Shown: piece by piece, positions 8,279 through 16,494 of the stretch
Position numbering within the stretch: position 1 is the first letter of the stretch
Layout of the letters: each line of letters starts with the position of its first letter
Source: an uncultured archaeon
GTDB lineage: Archaea; Nanobdellota; Nanobdellia; Pacearchaeales; GW2011-AR1
Direction of reading: 5' to 3'
Assembly (NCBI GenBank): GCA_902385635.1
Contig: CABMGN010000002.1
Location: 82,092 to 146,091, forward strand
Length of the DNA: 64,000 nt
Position numbers and translations under genes: made by a program
The notes under the pieces: generated by a model
Database searches by the model: none
Told to the model about the DNA's origin: nothing
What the model saw: only the letters and a program-made list of their open reading frames with translations

Positions 8279-8815
8279 ATGAGATCTAAGCTAGCACAAG
8301 TCTGGGTGGAAACTGTAATCTACACATTAATTGCCCTTATTTTAATTGGAACGGTTCTAGCTTTTGCTAAACCAAAGATTGAGCAGCTTCAGGATAAAGC
8401 GCTAATAGAACAGTCCTTAGAAATAATGGATAGTATAAACAGTAATGTTCTGAATGTTGTCCAGGGTGGACCGGGAAATAAGAGAGTAATTGATATTGGA
8501 CTAAAAAAAGGATCTATAACCATTGACGGACCTAGTAAAATGGTTTACTTTAAACTAGAAGGTACGAGAAGTATGTATAGCGAGCCCGGAGCAGCAGTTA
8601 TGGTTGGTGATGTGAATGTTACAACAATAAAAAAAGCAGGAAATTATGATGTTACTCTTACAGATAGTTATCCAAATTATGAAATAATGTATAATGGAAA
8701 TCCCGCGGGAGTTAAAACTGTAACAAAAGCCCCAAATCCATACAAATTTGTAATACTAAATAATGGTACAGATCCAACTACCGGACTCTTACAAATAAAT
8801 TTTGAAATAATCTAA
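8279..8815 (+). CDS. Pilin-like protein with Glu at +5 of the predicted mature N-terminus
   Basis: MRSKLA|QVWVETVIYTLIALILIGTVLAF. If cleaved after Ala, Glu sits at +5, as in bacterial type IV pilins. Confidence 0.55.
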   Translation: MRSKLAQVWVETVIYTLIALILIGTVLAFAKPKIEQLQDKALIEQSLEIMDSINSNVLNVVQGGPGNKRVIDIGLKKGSITIDGPSKMVYFKLEGTRSMYSEPGAAVMVGDVNVTTIKKAGNYDVTLTDSYPNYEIMYNGNPAGVKTVTKAPNPYKFVILNNGTDPTTGLLQINFEII

Positions 8816-8816
8816 A

Positions 8817-10391
8817 ATGTTTGGTAAAAAACAAGTAGAATCATCGAAGAATAATATACAATCTTACCCTAAGGTAGAGATAGATTTTGTTCCGAAAAAT
8901 CCTCCTATCCCGAGGTCCACAGATAAAACACAGATAAATGTTAGATATAGCCTAATATCTCCATTTGCTTTTGCACATATTTACTGGAATCCTAAAATAA
9001 TGGAAGTTGTTTATGAAGTTGAAGAGCCTATTCTTAATGAAAAAGAGAAACAGTACAAAGAAGAACTTTCTGCAGCTATGAAAGATTTAGTTAACTATGA
9101 TGTTGTTGTAAACAAAAGTGAGGATGAAATGGAAGCGTATATTGATAGAATGTTCAAAATTTTGGCTGTTGAACTGGGTATGGATATGGATTATGAAAGT
9201 TATAAAAAAATTTACTACTACCTCGCAAGAGACTTTATTGGGTTTAATGAAGTTGATCCTTTATTACGAGATTACTTTATTGAGGATATAGAATGTAATG
9301 GTGCCGATACTCCAATATATATGGTGCATAGAATTTTTAGAAATCTAAAAAGTAATATTTCATTTAAAGATCCTGAAAAGTTAGCAAGTTTTGTAGAAAA
9401 GTTAGCGCAGAGGTGTGGAAAGTATATCTCTTATGCACAGCCAATCCTTGACGGAAGTCTACCTGACGGTTCCAGAGTTAATGCTACATATACAAAAGAT
9501 ATTACTTCTAGGGGCCCAACATTTACAATAAGAAAGTTCACAAAAACTCCGTGGACACCATTACAACTAGTTTCATTCAAAACACTAAGTCCAGAAATGT
9601 TAGCTTACTTATGGATGATGGTTGAGAATAGAATGAATGTTTTAATCGCAGGTGGAACAGGTTCTGGAAAAACAACACTTCTAAATGCTTTTGCATTTTT
9701 CATTCCTCCAGAAGCAAGAGTTGTTAGTATTGAAGACACGCGAGAGTTAAATCTACCTCGAGAAAACTGGCTCCCAAGCGTAGTTAGAAATCCTACAGGG
9801 ACAGAAAAAACTGGTGAGATTGATTTGTTTGCACTTCTAAAGAGTTCATTCAGACAGATACCAGATTATGTTATTGTAGGTGAAGTTAGGGGGGCAGAAG
9901 CTTCTGTTCTTTTCCAGGGTATGGCTTCAGGACATCCATCTATCTCAACGATTCATGCAGATTCTGTTGATACTGTTATTAAAAGATTAGAAACTCCCCC
10001 TATTGAATTATCTCCAACTTTACTAAATGTTCTTGATTGTGTTTGTGTAATGACTCATGCAATTGTAAAAAATCAGGAAACAAGAAAACTAAAAGAAATT
10101 GTAGAGATAATTAATGTAACCCCGGATGGAATCGCATTAACTAATACTCCTTTTGTTTGGAATCCTGGAGACGACCAGTTTTATTTCAAGAGAGATAGTA
10201 AAATTTTCGAAAAGATTTCTAAAAGATACGGAAAATCAATGGAAGACATTTATTCTGAGTTTAATAGGAAAGTAAAATTACTGAATATGCTTGTGCAACA
10301 AAAAACTTTCGGGTTTGAAGAAGTTCAAGCCATTGTTAATGAATACTATAAAGATCCTAAAGCTGTTCTAAGTAGGTACGGGATTGCTTAA
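8817..10391 (+). CDS. Type IV pilus/archaellum-type secretion ATPase (FlaI/PilB/VirB11 superfamily)
   Basis: Walker A LIAGGTGSGKTTLLNA, Walker B/Asp box PDYVIVGEVRG, and His-box-like GHPSISTIHA. Length and domain order are typical of archaeal FlaI-like ATPases. Confidence 0.85.
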   Translation: MFGKKQVESSKNNIQSYPKVEIDFVPKNPPIPRSTDKTQINVRYSLISPFAFAHIYWNPKIMEVVYEVEEPILNEKEKQYKEELSAAMKDLVNYDVVVNKSEDEMEAYIDRMFKILAVELGMDMDYESYKKIYYYLARDFIGFNEVDPLLRDYFIEDIECNGADTPIYMVHRIFRNLKSNISFKDPEKLASFVEKLAQRCGKYISYAQPILDGSLPDGSRVNATYTKDITSRGPTFTIRKFTKTPWTPLQLVSFKTLSPEMLAYLWMMVENRMNVLIAGGTGSGKTTLLNAFAFFIPPEARVVSIEDTRELNLPRENWLPSVVRNPTGTEKTGEIDLFALLKSSFRQIPDYVIVGEVRGAEASVLFQGMASGHPSISTIHADSVDTVIKRLETPPIELSPTLLNVLDCVCVMTHAIVKNQETRKLKEIVEIINVTPDGIALTNTPFVWNPGDDQFYFKRDSKIFEKISKRYGKSMEDIYSEFNRKVKLLNMLVQQKTFGFEEVQAIVNEYYKDPKAVLSRYGIA

Positions 10392-11249
10392 TTATTCTAA
10401 CCACTTTCTTCCCTTATTGAGTGTTGTATGAAAACCAAGTCCATTATATACTGCTAAAGCAACAGCGTGTCTTAAGCTACCAAAATAGTTTCTCTTAAAT
10501 CTAGCATGGAGTAAAGGACTTCCAGATTTTATCCCCTGTTCTATAGAATCCCTAAGTGTTTCGGGTGAAGAAATATCAGGCATTGGAATAACACTATAGC
10601 TGCTCCCAACTTCTCCTGCCGAGTGTCCATCTGATCCTATTGTTGCTCCAATATCTAAAGTTCTTTTTCTTAGACGATAGTAGAAATCAAGGGCTTCTTC
10701 ATTTGATCCCTGAGAAGATTGGCTGTTCCATATCTCAATTCCATCACAATTTTCAATAATAGACTCTCTCCCTTTAGTACTTCGAATGTTTCTAAAGAGC
10801 CCACCAAGCCTAGAGAAGGGATGAGGAATAACAGTAACTGCCTCTAAATCTTTTGCTGCTTCAAAAACTCCAAGAGGAGTTTGGTTATCTGGAACTCGTG
10901 ACTTATAAGGTGTTGCTAAAAGAAGTATATCTCCTTCATTTGAAAAAACTTCCTGGCCGTTAATTATTAAGATTTGTCTGTCTGTTTCAATATCTGAAAA
11001 GTAACCTGCAGGAATTGTTACTAAAGCCCCTCTCCTAAGGTCTTCTACCTTACAATTTAGACTACCTTGAATTGTATCTATGGCTTCGTAAAACCTATAG
11101 TCTCCAGCATTTGCAAGAACAAGGCCAACGGTTTTTCCGGGCATATTCCAGAGGGCGTTTTCTAGCGCAGAGTGAACAACTGCGGGAGTCATTCTACTAC
11201 CTGTTCTAAAATGAGTGTGAGCATCAAAAGCCATAAGTTCTTGATTCAT
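10392..11249 (-). CDS. PHP-domain-like metal-dependent phosphoesterase (tentative), Arg-rich
   Basis: His clusters FDAHTHF, IPHPFS and GSDGHS are spaced as in PHP/amidohydrolase-type folds. It lies convergent to and abuts the ATPase stop codon. Confidence 0.45.
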   Translation of the reverse strand: MNQELMAFDAHTHFRTGSRMTPAVVHSALENALWNMPGKTVGLVLANAGDYRFYEAIDTIQGSLNCKVEDLRRGALVTIPAGYFSDIETDRQILIINGQEVFSNEGDILLLATPYKSRVPDNQTPLGVFEAAKDLEAVTVIPHPFSRLGGLFRNIRSTKGRESIIENCDGIEIWNSQSSQGSNEEALDFYYRLRKRTLDIGATIGSDGHSAGEVGSSYSVIPMPDISSPETLRDSIEQGIKSGSPLLHARFKRNYFGSLRHAVALAVYNGLGFHTTLNKGRKWLE

Positions 11250-11324
11250 GGAAACTCTGAAGAAAATTTGTTTATAAACCTTACCCTACAAAATCTTTAA
11301 TAACACATTCTTCCTCTTTAAAAT

Positions 11325-11498
11325 ATGGCAAAAGTAGGTGATATTGAATTTCTTAGCCAGGCAGTTAATAGTCTGGATCAAGGACTTTCTAAATTAGAAG
11401 AAGCTTATAATAAAAAAGATTATGACTTGTTCAATAAATCAAAAAAGTTTATTTTAGAAATGGAATCTAAAATTCAGGAGGTTGCAAATGAACAGTGA
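11325..11498 (+). CDS. Small (57 aa) helical protein within the pilus locus
   Basis: My translation gives MAKVGDIEFLSQAVNSLDQGLSKLEEAYNKKDYDLFNKSKKFILEMESKIQEVANEQ. Its stop overlaps the next gene's ATG (ATGAACAGTGA). It is below the ORF-track size cut-off. Confidence 0.35.
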   Translation: MAKVGDIEFLSQAVNSLDQGLSKLEEAYNKKDYDLFNKSKKFILEMESKIQEVANEQ

Positions 11499-11937
11499 AT
11501 TCCTTGAATTAAAAAAAGTTGTGACAAATCAGAAAAAAATAATAAGAGAACTTCTAAATGTTTCAAAAAGCAGTAAAAAAGCTGAAAGCAAAGAAGAAAA
11601 ACAAATGTTTGACTCACAGATTGCTTCTCTTAAAAAAAATCTTTCACAACTGAGTGTAGAAGCTGCAGGGGCAATGTCTAAAATTTCTATGATTCCTCCA
11701 TTACCTGTAATAAAAACAACAATAAAAGAAGAAGTTAAGAAAGAGATTCCAAAAAAACAAGAGAAAAACTTTGTTTCAAAAATGCTTGATAAAAAAAGTG
11801 AAAATAAGATTAAAACGTCTGAGTTTGAAAGAGAAACTATTAAACGGATAAAGGGGAAAGAAGCTGTTCTTGGGACTAAGGCAGAAAAGAAAGCAAGTAA
11901 GTACGTTCAGCTCTCGAATAAATATTTTGGAGAGTAA
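11488..11937 (+). CDS. Lys/Glu-rich coiled-coil protein of the pilus locus
   Basis: MNSEFLELKKVV..., highly charged (KKEIPKKQEKNF...). It sits directly upstream of the platform genes. ATG at 11488 is preferred over the TTG at 11482. Confidence 0.45.
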   Translation: MNSEFLELKKVVTNQKKIIRELLNVSKSSKKAESKEEKQMFDSQIASLKKNLSQLSVEAAGAMSKISMIPPLPVIKTTIKEEVKKEIPKKQEKNFVSKMLDKKSENKIKTSEFERETIKRIKGKEAVLGTKAEKKASKYVQLSNKYFGE

Positions 11938-11940
11938 AGT

Positions 11941-12798
11941 ATGAAGTTAATTAAAGAAGGTAAATTTGACGGACTAAAGAGGGATTTGATAAAGTCAAAT
12001 CTACAATATTTGCCTAAGAGCTATGTTTCCCTTATGTTTTTTACAACAATTATTGCAGCAGTTATTTCTGTTTTTATATTCATATTTTTGATTTTCTTCC
12101 AACTAAGTGTAACTATTCCTTTTGTTAGTATTGCGCAAGAGTCTATACTTACTAGAATTGGAAAATTCTTCTGGGTATTAGCACTTATCCCGCTAGCTAC
12201 TTTTTTTATGATGTATCTTTATCCTTCTGTAGAGAAAAAATCAATTGAAGGAAGAATAAATCAGGAACTTCCTTTTGCAGCAATTAATATGGCGGCTATT
12301 GCGGGATCTATGCTTGATCCAACAAAGATATTTGAGATAATTATTTCCACAAAGGAGTATCCTTACTTAGAAAAAGAATTTACGAAGTTAATTAATGAAA
12401 CAAATGTTCTTGGATACGATTTAGTTACTGCTTTGAGAAACAGGGCTTTTAACAGCCCGAGTAAAAAACTTGCAGAGTTATTTAATGGTTTAGCTACAAC
12501 AATAAACTCGGGAGGAGATTTAGTTGAGTTTTTTAATAAAAGATCGCAGACGCTGTTATTTGATTATAGACTTGAGAGAGAGAAATATACTCGAAGTGCA
12601 GAAACATTCATGGATATTTACATTAGTGTTGTAATTGCTGCACCTATGATACTTATGCTTCTCTTAATGATGATGAAAATTTCGGGTTTAGGTGTAAGTT
12701 TGAGTACAAATGCTATTACTCTAATTATGGTCTTAGGTGTTTCTATAGTAAATGTAGCATTCATAACATTCCTACACTTAAAACAACCTGCAGAATAA
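11941..12798 (+). CDS. Pilus/archaellum membrane platform protein, FlaJ/TadB-like (T2SS-F domain), first half
   Basis: Polytopic membrane protein. Cytoplasmic T2SSF-like domain LPFAAINMAAIAGSMLDP...VTALRNRAF...LFNGLATTINSGGDLVEFF. Confidence 0.75.
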   Translation: MKLIKEGKFDGLKRDLIKSNLQYLPKSYVSLMFFTTIIAAVISVFIFIFLIFFQLSVTIPFVSIAQESILTRIGKFFWVLALIPLATFFMMYLYPSVEKKSIEGRINQELPFAAINMAAIAGSMLDPTKIFEIIISTKEYPYLEKEFTKLINETNVLGYDLVTALRNRAFNSPSKKLAELFNGLATTINSGGDLVEFFNKRSQTLLFDYRLEREKYTRSAETFMDIYISVVIAAPMILMLLLMMMKISGLGVSLSTNAITLIMVLGVSIVNVAFITFLHLKQPAE

Positions 12799-12799
12799 A

Positions 12800-13636
12800 A
12801 TGGAAATTCAAAGAATACACTGGATTGGAATTGCTGTCGGATTAGGAGTAATGCTCTTCTCTTTAATCTTTATGGGTCAGAGTATCTTTTTTTTAATTTT
12901 AGGGGTTGGAATAATTATTGCAGCATTTCCCTTTGTTTTCTCTATGATAGCAGAGGGAAGAGCAAGTGCCGAAAAAGAAGATATGTTTTTGGAATTCTCA
13001 AGAAATCTTGTTGAGAGTGTTAAGGCAGGACTTCCTATAAGCAAGAGTATTCTTAATGTTAAAGACAAACCGTACGGAAGTTTGACACCACATGTTCAAA
13101 AACTTGCCAATCAGATCCAACTTGGAATTCCCTTAAATGTTGCCTTACAAACTTTCTCTAGAGAGGTTAATACTAAAACTATCTCTCGTGCACTAACACT
13201 TATCGGCCAGGCTGAAAGGGCCGGTGGAGACATTGGAGAAATTTTAGAAGCTGTTGCCGGAGCGGTTAGCATGTCTGACAAGCTTAAGAAAGAAAGAAAA
13301 GCTGCAATTTCTACGCTAGTTGTTCAGGGTTATATTATCTTTTTTGTGTTTCTAATAATTATCTTAGTCATGCAGTTCAAGATTCTGCCTATGGTGCAGG
13401 GAATTGCAAATGTGGGAACAATCGGAAGTGTTGGGACAACTGGGGCGGGAGCTGCAACAGATACGGGAGATATCTCAGGTGCTTTTTTCTATCTTCTACT
13501 AATTCAGGGCTTCTTTAGTGGTTTAACTATTGGAAAACTTGCAGAGGGTAGTGTAAAAGCCGGGATTAAGCACTCATTTGCCTTAATGATGGCTGCGTTC
13601 TTAGTTTCCTCAGTAGCTAAGATAGTAGTTGGTTGA
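12800..13636 (+). CDS. Pilus/archaellum membrane platform protein, FlaJ/TadC-like (T2SS-F domain), second half
   Basis: T2SSF-like domain LANQIQLGIPLNVALQTFSREV...LIGQAERAGGDIGEILEAVAG plus TM segments. It starts 2 nt after the previous stop. Confidence 0.75.
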   Translation: MEIQRIHWIGIAVGLGVMLFSLIFMGQSIFFLILGVGIIIAAFPFVFSMIAEGRASAEKEDMFLEFSRNLVESVKAGLPISKSILNVKDKPYGSLTPHVQKLANQIQLGIPLNVALQTFSREVNTKTISRALTLIGQAERAGGDIGEILEAVAGAVSMSDKLKKERKAAISTLVVQGYIIFFVFLIIILVMQFKILPMVQGIANVGTIGSVGTTGAGAATDTGDISGAFFYLLLIQGFFSGLTIGKLAEGSVKAGIKHSFALMMAAFLVSSVAKIVVG

Positions 13637-13734
13637 GAAAGACCTAAAAATAAGTATTTTAAGGCTTAATAGCTCTCTTTTTCTGCAAAAAGACTTTTCA
13701 AAAAGCTTATATATAGTAGTCGAACATATATATT

Positions 13735-14202
13735 ATGATGATAATTAGAACTGCTACAAAGAAGGACATCCCTGAACTTACGGTACTATTCACAGAATTA
13801 CTAAAACAACATCAGACTTACCCAAACTACCCCCAATTACATAAAAATCTTGCAAGTAGGATGAATTCTTTTGTAAAAAAGGAAATGGCAAAGAGCAGGA
13901 CAAAATTTTTCATTGCAGAAGTTGATAAAAAAGTTATTGGGTTTATGATTGCTTATACACTGAAAAGACCGGCAATGTATCAGTCAAGAAGATTTGGATG
14001 GATAGAGGGGATTGTGGCTAAAGAGTATAGAAGAAAAGGTATTGGAGAATCACTCACAAAGGAAGCCTTAAAATGGCTAAAAAAGAAGGGCGTAAAAAGA
14101 GTTGAGTTAGAGGTGAATGTAAAAAACGAGAAAGGTATTAATGCTTGGGTGAAGTATGGGTTTAAGGAGTACGAAATGATTCTGTACAAATCCCTAGAGT
14201 AA
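13735..14202 (+). CDS. GNAT-family N-acetyltransferase
   Basis: Acetyl-CoA-binding motif IVAKEYRRKGIGESLTKEAL (Q/RxxGxG/A) and typical GNAT length. Confidence 0.75.
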   Translation: MMIIRTATKKDIPELTVLFTELLKQHQTYPNYPQLHKNLASRMNSFVKKEMAKSRTKFFIAEVDKKVIGFMIAYTLKRPAMYQSRRFGWIEGIVAKEYRRKGIGESLTKEALKWLKKKGVKRVELEVNVKNEKGINAWVKYGFKEYEMILYKSLE

Positions 14203-14236
14203 ACAAATTAATAAACACGTTTATCTATTTTAGACT

Positions 14237-14962
14237 ATGAATAAGAGGGGTTCACATGTTGGTATTATTTTATCTTTTGTAATTTTTGCTACATTTCTAA
14301 TTTTTATTTATACAACCCTTCAACCTACACTAAAAACTGGAAGAGAGAAGCAAGTAATTCTAGATCACATAAAACAAGTAACTATGGACGAAATTACTGG
14401 AAATCTTACAATAGTTAGCGTAAGACTTAATCAAGCCGATCCCACAGTTCCACCAAATTCTTGTTTTAGTTTAGCAGATATCCAGGAAGTTTCCCGGCAA
14501 GAGGGAAGTATTGTGAAAGATGTTAATGGAAACATTATTTCTTCAAAAAGAAACGCTGGAGTCATAAGTGCGGCTTGGAATGGCCAGGCAGGAGAATTTT
14601 TTAGGATAATCTATTCTGAACAGAATTTCACAGAAAAAAAGCTTACAACTCCAACTTGTTATAATTTAAATTCTGCTCCTTCGGGATTTTACACTTTAAA
14701 TGTGAATAGAGACGAACAAATACTTGCAACCAAGATTAATATGATGTTAGTCGACTACGGAGGAAAACACGAATTATTAAGAGAAAAGTTTAGTGTTCCG
14801 GCAGATAGTGACTTTGCTATAAGTACCACAATGGGGGGAGTTTTTCTTGGAGGAGAGCCTCCTGCTTCTAGTGTTAATGTCTTTTCAGAGGATATTGTAT
14901 TTCAGTACGTTAATAACACTGCAGATGTAACTACGGGTAAAATAAGAGTAAGCGTGTGGTAA
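14237..14962 (+). CDS. Pilin-like protein (class III signal-like N-terminus)
   Basis: MNKRG|SHVGIILSFVIFATFLIFIYTTL followed by a beta-rich domain. Confidence 0.5.
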   Translation: MNKRGSHVGIILSFVIFATFLIFIYTTLQPTLKTGREKQVILDHIKQVTMDEITGNLTIVSVRLNQADPTVPPNSCFSLADIQEVSRQEGSIVKDVNGNIISSKRNAGVISAAWNGQAGEFFRIIYSEQNFTEKKLTTPTCYNLNSAPSGFYTLNVNRDEQILATKINMMLVDYGGKHELLREKFSVPADSDFAISTTMGGVFLGGEPPASSVNVFSEDIVFQYVNNTADVTTGKIRVSVW

Positions 14963-14993
14963 AGATTATAAAGGATTTTTTCATATATTCACT

Positions 14994-15461
14994 ATGATAA
15001 AGAGGGCAAATAAACGAGGTTGGATAAGAATTGTTGAGGCGTTTATTGCTGTTTTACTTGTTACTGGTGTTCTTTTAATTTTAATTAATCAGGGATATTT
15101 AGGTAAGGGTAAAAGTGATTATTCTGCAAAAATTTATGATGCTCAAATCGCGGTGCTTAGAGAGATTCAAATTGATTCTACACTAAGAGCAGAGATCTTG
15201 AATGTTAATCCAATACCTGTTAGCTCCGATCAAACAGGTTTATTTCCAGTTAATGTACTAAAAAAAATAAATGATCGTATTACAGAGTATCAGTATCTTA
15301 ATTGTACTGCATCAATTTGTGGACTAGATAAAATCTGTCCGCAACCAGACACAACAAACAAAGAGAAAGATGTTTACGCTCAGGGTGTTGCAATTTCTGC
15401 AGAACCAAACTTGCCAGAGTTTTCTCCAAGACAGTTGAAATTATTCTGTTGGACAAAGTAG
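14994..15461 (+). CDS. Pilin-like protein (class III signal-like N-terminus with conserved Glu)
   Basis: MIKRANKRG|WIRIVEAFIAVLLVTGVLLILI has Glu at +6 after the predicted cleavage. Confidence 0.55.
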   Translation: MIKRANKRGWIRIVEAFIAVLLVTGVLLILINQGYLGKGKSDYSAKIYDAQIAVLREIQIDSTLRAEILNVNPIPVSSDQTGLFPVNVLKKINDRITEYQYLNCTASICGLDKICPQPDTTNKEKDVYAQGVAISAEPNLPEFSPRQLKLFCWTK

Positions 15462-15462
15462 A

Positions 15463-15879
15463 ATGGTTAATAAAAAATTCAAATTTCTAGAGCATACTGC
15501 AGACGTAAAGTTTCAGGCATTCGGAAAAACAATTGAGCAAGTTTTTGTTAATTCCGCTCTAGCGGAAAAAGAAACTATTTGCGGGAAGAAAAAAATACTT
15601 TCTAAGATAAAAAAGGAAATAAAAGTTACGGGCAAAGACAACGAATCTCTTTTATATAATTTTCTTGAACAGTTTTTGTATCTTTTAGACGCAGAAGACT
15701 TTTTATTAAACAAGATTAAGGCAATAAAGATTGTGAATGGAAAGCTAAAGGCTACTTGTTTAGGGGATTCTGCTAAAAAGTACAAGTTTAGAAACTCTGT
15801 AAAGGCTGTAACATATAATGAAATGTTTGTAAAAAAAGATAAAAACCCGTGGATTTCACAGGTAGTTCTAGATGTTTAA
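15463..15879 (+). CDS. Archease (RtcB activator)
   Basis: FKFLEHTADVKFQAFGKTIEQVF is the N-terminal archease signature. C-terminal KAVTYNEM...QVVLDV. An RtcB gene lies 0.6 kb downstream. Confidence 0.8.
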   Translation: MVNKKFKFLEHTADVKFQAFGKTIEQVFVNSALAEKETICGKKKILSKIKKEIKVTGKDNESLLYNFLEQFLYLLDAEDFLLNKIKAIKIVNGKLKATCLGDSAKKYKFRNSVKAVTYNEMFVKKDKNPWISQVVLDV

Positions 15880-15920
15880 GAATAATAAACTATAAAAAGA
15901 AAAAAAAGTATCTGATTAGT

Positions 15921-16145
15921 ATGAAAATATCTGTTAAAATAAAATTTGGTGCTGAAAGAAACAAGTTTGAGAGTTTTGGTGGGGGTAGATACTTAGTTTA
16001 TATGATCTACAAAAAAGAAGATGATTCTGCAATGCCTTATCTTGTCCACGTCCTGTCTAAGGAAGTTGGAGCAGATCCTAAACACCTAAGATATCTTGGG
16101 AAGAAAGGTTCTGGAGATTTTGAAGAGCATATGTTTGAAATTTAA
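15921..16145 (+). CDS. Small protein, possibly DUF167/YggU-like
   Basis: MKISVKIKFGAERNKFESFGGGRYLV...LSKEVGADPKHLRYLGKKGSG loosely follows the YggU pattern (v.v.pga.rn......l.v.v......AN..l..fLsk.lgv). Start moved to the ATG at 15921. Confidence 0.4.
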   Translation: MKISVKIKFGAERNKFESFGGGRYLVYMIYKKEDDSAMPYLVHVLSKEVGADPKHLRYLGKKGSGDFEEHMFEI

Positions 16146-16146
16146 A

Positions 16147-16452
16147 ATGGGCGTAATGCACGAATTTAGAGACTTTCTTAAAGAGTATAAAGTAGTTGGG
16201 CTAGCTATTGCTTTTATTATGGGTCTTGCAGCAACAACTCTTGTTCAATCTTTAGTGAATAATATTATCATGCCGCTAGTTACTCCATTTGTTCCTTCGG
16301 GGGGTTGGGCAGCAGCCACATTTAAGATGGGTCCTATAGTAATTGGATGGGGATCTTTCTTGGGTGCTTTAATTAATTTTATAATCTTAGCGTTTGTTGT
16401 TTTTGCAGTAGCTAAGTTTGTTCTTAAAGAAGAAAAGGTTACTAAAAAGTAA
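16147..16452 (+). CDS. mscL: Large-conductance mechanosensitive channel MscL
   Basis: MHEFRDFLKEYKVVGLAIAFIMGLAATTLVQSLVNNIIMPLV is the MscL TM1 signature. A second TM and a charged tail follow. Start at the ATG at 16147. Confidence 0.8.
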   Translation: MGVMHEFRDFLKEYKVVGLAIAFIMGLAATTLVQSLVNNIIMPLVTPFVPSGGWAAATFKMGPIVIGWGSFLGALINFIILAFVVFAVAKFVLKEEKVTKK

Positions 16453-16494
16453 GAGAGCCAGTAATTATAAAAATCACTAATTCTTTTAGAAACA

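Noticed and set aside
15849-15920. N-terminal extensions proposed by the ORF track (15849, 16096, 21636, 57515, 291 and 3187 starts)
   Set aside because: The extensions overlap the preceding gene or an RNA and have non-protein-like sequence. Each gene has an internal ATG giving a canonical N-terminus, for example the MscL MGVMHEF, the signal peptide MKQKILF or the SBDS MTQTTARIKKKG.
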